A DNA stretch of 64,000 nt, taken from positions 131,284-195,283 of the IMG/VR virus record IMGVR_UViG_3300042484_003148; one strand, given 5' to 3'. The translations under genes were made by a program, and so were the position numbers. Every line of letters starts with the position of its first letter. The first letter of the stretch is position 1. Origin of the DNA: a virus. Its lineage: Duplodnaviria > Heunggongvirae > Uroviricota > Caudoviricetes. The notes beneath the pieces were generated by a model that worked only from the letters and a program-made list of their open reading frames with translations, was not told where the DNA came from and did no database searches. Of this stretch, positions 57,568-64,000 are shown in pieces.

Positions 57568-58369
57568 TTTAGCTATTGTAGCTACACTATTATCATTTTT
57601 CTCATGTAGAGAAAAAATTGATGCAGGAAATGTTGGTTTATTAATTAATCAGTATGGCACAGGAAAAGGACAAGGTGTTGAAATTGTTGCAGGTTCAACT
57701 TGGTACAATCCTTGGACAGAAGATGTAATTCAAGTTCCAGCCTTTGTTCAACACAAAGAATTTGAAAAAGTTACTGTTAATGATAAAAACGGTACTGAGT
57801 GGACAATGACACCAACATTGGACTATAGAATTGAAAAAGGTACTATTTCTGATACTTACAGAAAATACAGAAAACCTTTAGCTGAACTTGAAGAAGGTGT
57901 TATTAAAACTATTGTGAAAGAATCTTGTAGATTTATCATTAATAATTACAGCACTGATTCAATTATGGGTTCAAGAGGTGATATTGAAAAACAAATCAAA
58001 GCTAGAATTAAAATCACACTTCAAAGTGAAGGATTTAATACAGAAAACTTTACTTCAGGTCTATACCCACCTAAAGCAATCACTGAATCTATCACCTTAA
58101 AAAACCGTGCCATCCAAGACGCAATGCGAATTGAGAACGAAGTAAAGTCAACAGAAGCTGAAGCCAAGAAAAAGGTTGCTCAAGCAAAAGGTAGCGCTGA
58201 AAGTTTACTTATCAATGCAAGAGCTGAAGCTGAAGCAAATAGATTAAAACAACAATCATTAACACCAATGTTAATCCAACAACAATGGATTCAAAAATGG
58301 AATGGTAATCTACCAGAAACTATGACTGGTTCCGGTTCAAATCTAATGATTGGAATTAACAAACAATAA
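57548..58369 (+). CDS. SPFH/band-7 domain lipoprotein
   Basis: Start set at MKKLIFNLAIVATLLSFFSC (lipobox). The C-terminus has an alanine/glutamate-rich SPFH-type coiled segment (EAEAKKKVAQAKGSAESLLINARAEAEANRLKQQ). Confidence 0.5.
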   Translation: MKKLIFNLAIVATLLSFFSCREKIDAGNVGLLINQYGTGKGQGVEIVAGSTWYNPWTEDVIQVPAFVQHKEFEKVTVNDKNGTEWTMTPTLDYRIEKGTISDTYRKYRKPLAELEEGVIKTIVKESCRFIINNYSTDSIMGSRGDIEKQIKARIKITLQSEGFNTENFTSGLYPPKAITESITLKNRAIQDAMRIENEVKSTEAEAKKKVAQAKGSAESLLINARAEAEANRLKQQSLTPMLIQQQWIQKWNGNLPETMTGSGSNLMIGINKQ

Positions 58370-58375
58370 AAACCA

Positions 58376-58415
58376 AAACCTATGTAGATTTGAAATACAT
58401 TCTACATAGGTTTTA
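58376..58415 (+). terminator. hairpin terminator
   Basis: AAAACCTATGTAGATTTGAAATACATTCTACATAGGTTTT. Confidence 0.6.
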
Positions 58416-58422
58416 AAAACAT

Positions 58423-58573
58423 GGTTCTGTAGGTTTTACTTGGTCGCACCAGTATTACTGAAATTGGGTTCCTGATGATTTCTTGTTCGTAAGATAACAA
58501 TATTCTAGATAGTTATAATTACGAGCAAGTTAATATGTAAGGGATGTTGTTGGTTCGATTCCGACCAGAGCCA
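58423..58573 (+). other. tRNA-like element (canonical T-arm plus acceptor 3' strand; 5' acceptor match 151 nt upstream)
   Basis: GTTGG-TTCGATT-CCGAC followed by CAGAGCC-A at 58549..58573 fits a tRNA T-arm, acceptor and discriminator. A complementary GGTTCTG lies at 58423..58429. No normal 73-90 nt cloverleaf could be folded by eye. Confidence 0.2.
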
Positions 58574-58590
58574 CTTAAATTTAAAGTAAA

Positions 58591-58863
58591 ATGAAAAAAC
58601 TTATATTAATTTTATCAGCAATAACTTTACTTAGTTGTTCTGAATATAATGAACAAAGAGAGTGTTATAGTGGAACTTTAGTTGTTTTGAAGAAAGAAAC
58701 CCAATCAGGTGTTAGAGGTGTTGGTTATTGGTATTTTCTATACATCTTTGATGGTAAAGAAGCTAAATATTATCAAACCTCAGAAAAAGATTATAACAAA
58801 TATAATGTTAACGATACATTACCAACATTGGTTCTTAAAACAACTTTAACTAAAAATAAATAA
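58591..58863 (+). CDS. small lipoprotein
   Basis: MKKLILILSAITLLSCSE lipobox. Confidence 0.45.
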   Translation: MKKLILILSAITLLSCSEYNEQRECYSGTLVVLKKETQSGVRGVGYWYFLYIFDGKEAKYYQTSEKDYNKYNVNDTLPTLVLKTTLTKNK

Positions 58864-58864
58864 T

Positions 58865-59272
58865 ATGTTAAATTCTGAAACAATAAAAAATAAATTTCTT
58901 AAAGAAAAAGAAGAATATCTTAAAACTTTAAAAGAAAACGACACAGTAGTCTTTGAATATCAATTTACATTTAAAGGTTTTACTGTATATGTTTATTACG
59001 AGGATGATGAAACTGTACATTACAGTATTACATCAATAGTTATTAAAGGGAATGAATATGTACTACCTGAAAGAGTTGTTGATAGTTTAACTGAAATTGA
59101 AGATTTAAATCACTTAGAAGATTATATATTTGCGATTGAAAATCGTGATTTTGATTGGATTAAAAGTCTTTATAGTGATTTATTAAAAATAAATGAAAAA
59201 TACATTGATAATTCATTTACTGATGAAGCAACTGTTGTTAATTTAATCTACCACTTACTACCAATAGAATAA
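58865..59272 (+). CDS. hypothetical protein
   Basis: 135-aa ORF. Confidence 0.4.
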   Translation: MLNSETIKNKFLKEKEEYLKTLKENDTVVFEYQFTFKGFTVYVYYEDDETVHYSITSIVIKGNEYVLPERVVDSLTEIEDLNHLEDYIFAIENRDFDWIKSLYSDLLKINEKYIDNSFTDEATVVNLIYHLLPIE

Positions 59273-59273
59273 T

Positions 59274-59450
59274 ATGAATCTAGTCAACTCCTGGGTCTTG
59301 GAAGTACTTTCTGAACCTGAATTTAAATATAATTTTTACTTTGTTAAAGTTAAAGCGATTGCTGAAGGTTCTGAATTTCAAACTGATATAATGGTTGAAA
59401 CATTAGAACAAGCTTTATCAATTAAAAAAGATTATAAATTTCTTAGTTAA
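59274..59450 (+). CDS. small hypothetical protein (58 aa)
   Basis: ATG 2 nt after the previous stop; under 60 aa, so not in the ORF track. Confidence 0.3.
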   Translation: MNLVNSWVLEVLSEPEFKYNFYFVKVKAIAEGSEFQTDIMVETLEQALSIKKDYKFLS

Positions 59451-59526
59451 AACGTAACCTTATTAATTTATTTGCGTTAAACACCTTAAATCAACAACGA
59501 AGTTGGTTTGTTAAATATAAAATGTT

Positions 59527-59736
59527 ATGTTAGAAAGAATGCTAAAATACAAATTGTTGTTCTTCCTTGTAGGTTCACCAATCATCACTGTTGTTTTATT
59601 CAACAAAACAATGAATTATATAGGTTTACATTTCCAAAGAAATAGTGAAATGTACCACATCAGTAAAACAATATTTCTTATGTTGATATTCGTTTTGATT
59701 TATAAATTCAGAAAACAAATATTTAAATTGTTTTAA
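59527..59736 (+). CDS. small membrane protein
   Basis: 69 aa, hydrophobic. Confidence 0.4.
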   Translation: MLERMLKYKLLFFLVGSPIITVVLFNKTMNYIGLHFQRNSEMYHISKTIFLMLIFVLIYKFRKQIFKLF

Positions 59737-59738
59737 TT

Positions 59739-59942
59739 ATGGGAAAACCGTATACCTTTAAATATATTATTAATACAGTTTCAACATTAGTATTAATATT
59801 ATGTGGTGCTTTCTTATTACCTATCATGTTCAACTTTTCAGTTGTTCCGGAATCAGAAAAAGATGTTAACTTCTATTTGTTAATGATTGATATTAGTTTA
59901 GGTTCAATTAGTTGGTTTATTAGTTATTTGAGTAAAGAATAA
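59739..59942 (+). CDS. small membrane protein
   Basis: 67 aa, hydrophobic. Confidence 0.4.
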   Translation: MGKPYTFKYIINTVSTLVLILCGAFLLPIMFNFSVVPESEKDVNFYLLMIDISLGSISWFISYLSKE

Positions 59943-59946
59943 AAGC

Positions 59947-60291
59947 ATGACACCACCTGTTATATTACTATTAATATGTTTAGGCATATTAATACTCTTC
60001 GCAACTATTATGTTTTCAATAGTAGCTTACAAAATTATGAAAAGAGAACCAGTTATCTACAAGTTAGAAGAACTAAGAGGTTGGGGGAATTCAATACATC
60101 TTGATAGAGCTGATGACAATGGTAAAATTACAGCACATGGTTGGATTTCAAGACCTTATGTAAACAAAGGTGATTTTCTAACTTATAAACATTTCGATGG
60201 TTCTGAAGTAAAACTTAAGTTTACTAAAGTAAAATATTGTAACGACCCTCGTGATATGTTCTTTGCTGAACTTAAACAATTTGATAAATAA
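59947..60291 (+). CDS. membrane-anchored hypothetical protein
   Basis: 114 aa with an N-terminal transmembrane helix. Confidence 0.4.
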   Translation: MTPPVILLLICLGILILFATIMFSIVAYKIMKREPVIYKLEELRGWGNSIHLDRADDNGKITAHGWISRPYVNKGDFLTYKHFDGSEVKLKFTKVKYCNDPRDMFFAELKQFDK

Positions 60292-60764
60292 TGAGTCACC
60301 ACGTATATGTTATTTCTGACCCTCACTTTGGTCACGAAAACATGGCAATTAAACGAGGTTTTAGTTGTTCAGAAGAACATGATAATTATATTATTCAGGA
60401 ATGGAATAAAGTTGTAAATAAAAATGATACAGTTTGGATTCTTGGCGATATTACAATGGAAACAACTAAACATTATTATTTACTTAACAAGTTAAAAGGA
60501 ATTAAAAATGTTGTTTTAGGTAACCACGATTTACCACAACATATCCCGGAACTAATGAAATATGTAAATAAAGTTTGTGGTTCTGTTAAACTTAAAGGTT
60601 GTATATTAACACACATACCAATTCATCCACATGAAATTGGTAGATTCAAATATAATATATTTGGTCACTTGCACGATGAAATAATCAATCACGATAAATA
60701 CATTAATGTTTGTTGTGAACAAATTAACTATAAACCTGTTTTATTAAACGATTTAATATGTTAG
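60291..60764 (+). CDS. calcineurin-like metallophosphoesterase
   Basis: ISDPHFGH (D-x-H), VWILGDIT (GD), VVLGNHD (GNHD). Confidence 0.7.
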   Translation: MSHHVYVISDPHFGHENMAIKRGFSCSEEHDNYIIQEWNKVVNKNDTVWILGDITMETTKHYYLLNKLKGIKNVVLGNHDLPQHIPELMKYVNKVCGSVKLKGCILTHIPIHPHEIGRFKYNIFGHLHDEIINHDKYINVCCEQINYKPVLLNDLIC

Positions 60765-61039
60765 AAAATATCATACAATTTTGTATATTTGTATTATCAG
60801 CATCAGCTATTTGGTTTGTTGGGTCCACAGAAAAGTGGTCAAAATATGGTTATGTTCTTGGTTTACTTAGTCAACCATTTTGGTTCTACTCAACTATTAC
60901 CAAAGAACAATATGGAATGCTTTGCTTAACAGTATTCTATACGTATAGCTGGGGTCGTGGTTTTTATAATCATTTTATAAAAAAGAAAGAAATTACAATT
61001 GAAGAACGAGTTGCACAGGTTTATACTGATATTGATTAA
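60758..61039 (+). CDS. small membrane protein
   Basis: 93 aa, hydrophobic. Confidence 0.4.
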   Translation: MLENIIQFCIFVLSASAIWFVGSTEKWSKYGYVLGLLSQPFWFYSTITKEQYGMLCLTVFYTYSWGRGFYNHFIKKKEITIEERVAQVYTDID

Positions 61040-61042
61040 TAA

Positions 61043-61192
61043 ATGAAGAAAATACAATTCACCGAAGAAGAACTTTTACTATTATTAAACGATGTAGTAA
61101 AAGAACAACAAAATAAAGTAGAAATTTGGACCAACAATCTTTCGTTAAAAGAAGTTGTTGAAAAAGTTGGTTTTAAAATAGTTAAACAATGA
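61043..61192 (+). CDS. micro-ORF A (49 aa)
   Basis: MKKIQFTEEELLLLLNDVVKEQQNK...; ATGA overlap with the next ORF. Confidence 0.3.
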   Translation: MKKIQFTEEELLLLLNDVVKEQQNKVEIWTNNLSLKEVVEKVGFKIVKQ

Positions 61193-61314
61193 AACTAGAA
61201 ATAGCAAATTATAGTGATAGAAGATTTATTACAAGTAAATCGTTTGAAGTAATAAATAAGGAAATCCCTGTTAAAGAATATTGGTTTAACAACTTAAGAA
61301 TATATGAAAGATGA
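61189..61314 (+). CDS. micro-ORF B (41 aa), paralog of C
   Basis: MKLEIANYSDRRF...EYWFNNLRIYER; ATGA overlaps. Confidence 0.35.
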   Translation: MKLEIANYSDRRFITSKSFEVINKEIPVKEYWFNNLRIYER

Positions 61315-61436
61315 AATTAAATATCGATAACTTATATACAATTTCTTTTGAAGAAAGTAATGCGTATTTCTTTCTTATACAATTAACCCCAGCAAAGAAA
61401 CATTTACTAAACAATCTAAGGATTTATAAAAGATGA
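61311..61436 (+). CDS. micro-ORF C (41 aa), paralog of B
   Basis: MKLNIDNLYTISFEE...KHLLNNLRIYKR; ATGA overlaps. Confidence 0.35.
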   Translation: MKLNIDNLYTISFEESNAYFFLIQLTPAKKHLLNNLRIYKR

Positions 61437-61585
61437 AACTAATAGTTGCTTCAAATCCATATATCTATTTTAATTCAACTGATAGTTTCAGAGAATTATT
61501 TAATTTTATTACTAACGGAGATAAAATTAAGTTAGATAATTGGATGAATAAAAATAAACCTGATTTTATAGTAATGAAAAGATAA
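61433..61585 (+). CDS. micro-ORF D (50 aa)
   Basis: MKLIVASNPYIYFNSTDSFRELF... Confidence 0.3.
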   Translation: MKLIVASNPYIYFNSTDSFRELFNFITNGDKIKLDNWMNKNKPDFIVMKR

Positions 61586-61647
61586 TTTTGTTTTATTGCA
61601 ACCTTTTGTTTAGATTTGCGTTAGAATCATTATAAAATAACTAAACT

Positions 61648-61926
61648 ATGAAATCACATATTTTACCATTCCTTGCAGGTTGTTTCTTAATAACAACTAT
61701 TGCAGCAACATCACCAAAGGTTCAAGAAATACTAACCTTCAAACCAGCACAACCTAAGTTAGTTGTTTCTCAGACATTTGAACATGTTTCGTTAAACACA
61801 ATAAATAACTTTATTTTATCTAAAGCTAGAGAAGGCTACATACTTAAAAGTAATAGTTTAGGTATAATAACAAGTGCTGGTTACTCAAATGAATATTCAG
61901 CAATCGTAACATTAGAAAAATATTAA
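61648..61926 (+). CDS. secreted/periplasmic hypothetical protein
   Basis: 92 aa with N-terminal signal peptide MKSHILPFLAGCFLITTIAATS. Confidence 0.45.
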   Translation: MKSHILPFLAGCFLITTIAATSPKVQEILTFKPAQPKLVVSQTFEHVSLNTINNFILSKAREGYILKSNSLGIITSAGYSNEYSAIVTLEKY

Positions 61927-61930
61927 TATT

Positions 61931-62461
61931 ATGGAATTAAAAATCAACAACAAATATATTTTGCTTGAAAAGAATAATGATTATGTTTTCAAAGCATTAA
62001 TTAATGATGTTACTAAAACATCTATTCAAATTACTAACTTAGATAACGGAAGTGGTCCTGTTAGAACATTATTAACAGCGTTTCATGAACAACTTGATGT
62101 TATTGAGTTTATTGATGATAAACAAATAGAATCTCAAATAACAAATTCTATAAATAAATTAAATAAACTAGATAACATAGTAACTAAAGAACTTGTCTCT
62201 TTACCGACTAAGGTAATAAAAGATAATTTAGAAATAGAATCAGCAATGATGAATGTTTTTCTAGAAAATCAAAAACCTTTAGAACCGGATTTTCAAGATG
62301 CACTTAATGAGTTAACTAAAGAATCCGGAAAGGAAATACCAATTCGTTTTATTTCACCTCAAATTAATGTTCGTGAAATTGATAATATTATTTCTGATGA
62401 ACCAGATTACATTCAACCAACCAAACCTTTAACAAACAATTGGTGTTTTAAAAGCAAGTAA
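61931..62461 (+). CDS. hypothetical protein
   Basis: 176-aa ORF. Confidence 0.45.
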   Translation: MELKINNKYILLEKNNDYVFKALINDVTKTSIQITNLDNGSGPVRTLLTAFHEQLDVIEFIDDKQIESQITNSINKLNKLDNIVTKELVSLPTKVIKDNLEIESAMMNVFLENQKPLEPDFQDALNELTKESGKEIPIRFISPQINVREIDNIISDEPDYIQPTKPLTNNWCFKSK

Positions 62462-62521
62462 ATAATCTTTAATTTTATGGAAGTTTTATTTAATTTCTAC
62501 TATTTAAAATAAATAACTACA

Positions 62522-63094
62522 ATGTACTACAAACTATCTGATTACGCAAAAAAATTTAACATTACCTACCGTGCAGCGTGGAATCGCTTCAAAGCTGGTA
62601 AAATTAAAGATGCTTTTGTTGATGATACAAACCATGTTTGTATCCCTGTTCATAAAATGGACTCAATGTCTAAAAACATGGTAATTTATTCCAGAGTTTC
62701 TTCTAATGAAATGAAAGAAAACTTAGAACGTCAATCTGAAAGATTGACCAACTACGCTATCTCTAACGGTTATACTATCATTAAAGTTGTTAAAGAAGTA
62801 GGCTCTGGTCTGAACGACCACAGACCTAAACTTATGAAAGTTTTAACAGACAACAACTTTGATTTTATTTTAGTTGAAAATAAAGATAGATTAACCCGTT
62901 TCGGGTTTAATTATCTTGAAACTCTTTTAAAAACTCAAAACAAACAAATTATCGTTGTTAACAATACAAATGATGATAAAACAGATATCATTAATGATTT
63001 AGTTTCTATTATCTACTCATTCTCTGCCCGTATCTACGGGTTAAGAAGAGCTAAAAACAAACAAAAAGAAATACTTAATATTATAAATAATTAA
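62522..63094 (+). CDS. tnpA: IS607-family serine recombinase transposase TnpA
   Basis: 190 aa. N-terminal MerR-like HTH (MYYKLSDYAKKFNITYRAAWNRFKAGKI), then the serine-recombinase catalytic region VIYSRVSS...KVVKEVGSGLNDHRPKL...FDFILVENKDRLTRFGF. Confidence 0.75.
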   Translation: MYYKLSDYAKKFNITYRAAWNRFKAGKIKDAFVDDTNHVCIPVHKMDSMSKNMVIYSRVSSNEMKENLERQSERLTNYAISNGYTIIKVVKEVGSGLNDHRPKLMKVLTDNNFDFILVENKDRLTRFGFNYLETLLKTQNKQIIVVNNTNDDKTDIINDLVSIIYSFSARIYGLRRAKNKQKEILNIINN

Positions 63095-63101
63095 TTCTTT
63101 A

Positions 63102-64000
63102 ATGTACGTTACTGAAAAACATATAATCAACAAATTACATCGCTTCTACGAAGAGATTGATTCTCTGTGTTTTAAAAGTAAAAACTTGTATAATAAAGCT
63201 CTTTATACTGTAAGACAAGAATTTATTAATACTTCTAAATTAAAAGAACAAGGCATGGTTGACCATGCTAATTATTTTAATTATTATGATATTAATAGAC
63301 AATTCATTGACAGTAAAGATGTTGATTATTATAATTTACCTGTTAAAATTAGTAATCAAACCCTTATGTTGGTTGATAAGAACTTTAAATCTTTCTTTGC
63401 TTTATGTAAAAAGTACAAAAGCAACAAAAATAATTTAACAGGTAGACCAAAGTTACCTAACTACTTGCACAAAACCAAGGGTCGTTACGTAGTAACGTAT
63501 GAACTTGGTGCAATATCTAGCAAGTTTTTAAAACAAAATGTAATTAAACTAAGTGGGACTAACATTGAAGTACCCGTCATTAACAAACACAACGGTGTTT
63601 TAAAAATGGTACGATTAGTACCCATGTCAAATAAAAAATATAAAATTGAAGTTGTTTATGATGTAGAAGAAAAGAACATGAATTTAAATAAAGACAATAT
63701 AATAAGTATTGATTACGGAGTTAATAATTTAATGACTATAACATCAAATGTAGAAGGCTTTCAGCCTCGTATAATTAAAGGTGGTCATGTTAAATCAATA
63801 AATCAGTTTTATAATAAAGTCAAAAGTGAGTTGCAGTCGCAACTACCAAACCATTCTAGTTTGAAAGACAAAGAAGGTAAACCTCAAATCTTACAGAACT
63901 CTAATAAGATTAACACTTTAACACATAAGCGTAACTGTAAGATTGAACATGAGTTTCATGAGTACACAAACAAAATATTGCAACTGTGTTTACAGTATAA
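63102..64000 (+). CDS. tnpB: TnpB-like RNA-guided nuclease, second copy (partial; runs off window end)
   Basis: ATG at 63102, open to the end of the window. About 90% amino-acid identity to the 3967..5268 protein, including ISIDYGVNN (RuvC-I). Absent from the ORF track because no stop lies in the window. Confidence 0.8.
   Translation, partial: MYVTEKHIINKLHRFYEEIDSLCFKSKNLYNKALYTVRQEFINTSKLKEQGMVDHANYFNYYDINRQFIDSKDVDYYNLPVKISNQTLMLVDKNFKSFFALCKKYKSNKNNLTGRPKLPNYLHKTKGRYVVTYELGAISSKFLKQNVIKLSGTNIEVPVINKHNGVLKMVRLVPMSNKKYKIEVVYDVEEKNMNLNKDNIISIDYGVNNLMTITSNVEGFQPRIIKGGHVKSINQFYNKVKSELQSQLPNHSSLKDKEGKPQILQNSNKINTLTHKRNCKIEHEFHEYTNKILQLCLQY

Larger units (their letters stand above)
62462..64000 (+). 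mobile_element. IS607-family insertion sequence (tnpA serine recombinase plus tnpB), 3' end beyond window
   Basis: Adjacent co-oriented tnpA and tnpB separated by 7 nt. Confidence 0.65.

Noticed and set aside
58423-58573. Calling a definite tRNA gene
   Set aside because: Only the T-arm and acceptor 3' half are canonical. The D and anticodon arms could not be folded, and the implied length of 151 nt is abnormal.
3967-64000. The two tnpB copies as terminal redundancy or an assembly duplication
   Set aside because: The copies are inverted and only about 90% identical at the protein level. They have different neighbours (zinc-ribbon ORFs versus tnpA), so they are genuine diverged paralogs.

Overview
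This is an AT-rich (about 30% GC) window from a contractile-tailed, T4-like bacteriophage. The host is probably a Bacteroidetes bacterium: most genes have no obvious Shine-Dalgarno sequence, the early promoters carry TAnnTTTG-like -7 elements, and the terminator hairpins belong to an AAACCTCTC...GAGAGGTTT family.

Structural genes recognised: a gp6-like baseplate wedge protein (partial, at the window start); a prohead protease, an acidic scaffold protein and the major capsid protein in T4 gp21-gp22-gp23 order on the minus strand; a tail sheath protein; a LysM-like tail protein X followed by a 1375-aa tail/baseplate protein; beta-helix tail fibers co-transcribed with a GT25 glycosyltransferase; and the terminase large subunit.

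Early and metabolic genes recognised: a thymidylate-synthase-family enzyme, a MazG-like NTP pyrophosphatase, a peptidase M15 endolysin, a calcineurin-like metallophosphoesterase, an SPFH-domain lipoprotein and several small lipoprotein or membrane proteins.

Mobile and selfish DNA is abundant:
- Two diverged, inverted copies of a tnpB gene lie about 58 kb apart. One has no transposase and sits between paralogous zinc-ribbon ORFs. The other is preceded by an IS607-type serine-recombinase tnpA.
- Two paralogous HNH endonucleases carry repeated zinc-ribbon and basic modules.
- A 930-aa protein has 12 tandem helix-turn-helix repeats fused to a DUF559/Vsr-like nuclease domain.
- A 983-aa protein combines two ParB-like domains, an HExxH motif and a NUDIX domain.

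Other features include a homopolymer-frameshifted DNA methyltransferase in a GC-rich islet, a small tyrosine recombinase, chains of micro-ORFs joined by ATGA overlaps that are missing from the ORF track, a conserved late-promoter-like motif (CTATTTAAAATAAAACTAA), and an early promoter family that includes an exact 41-nt duplicate.
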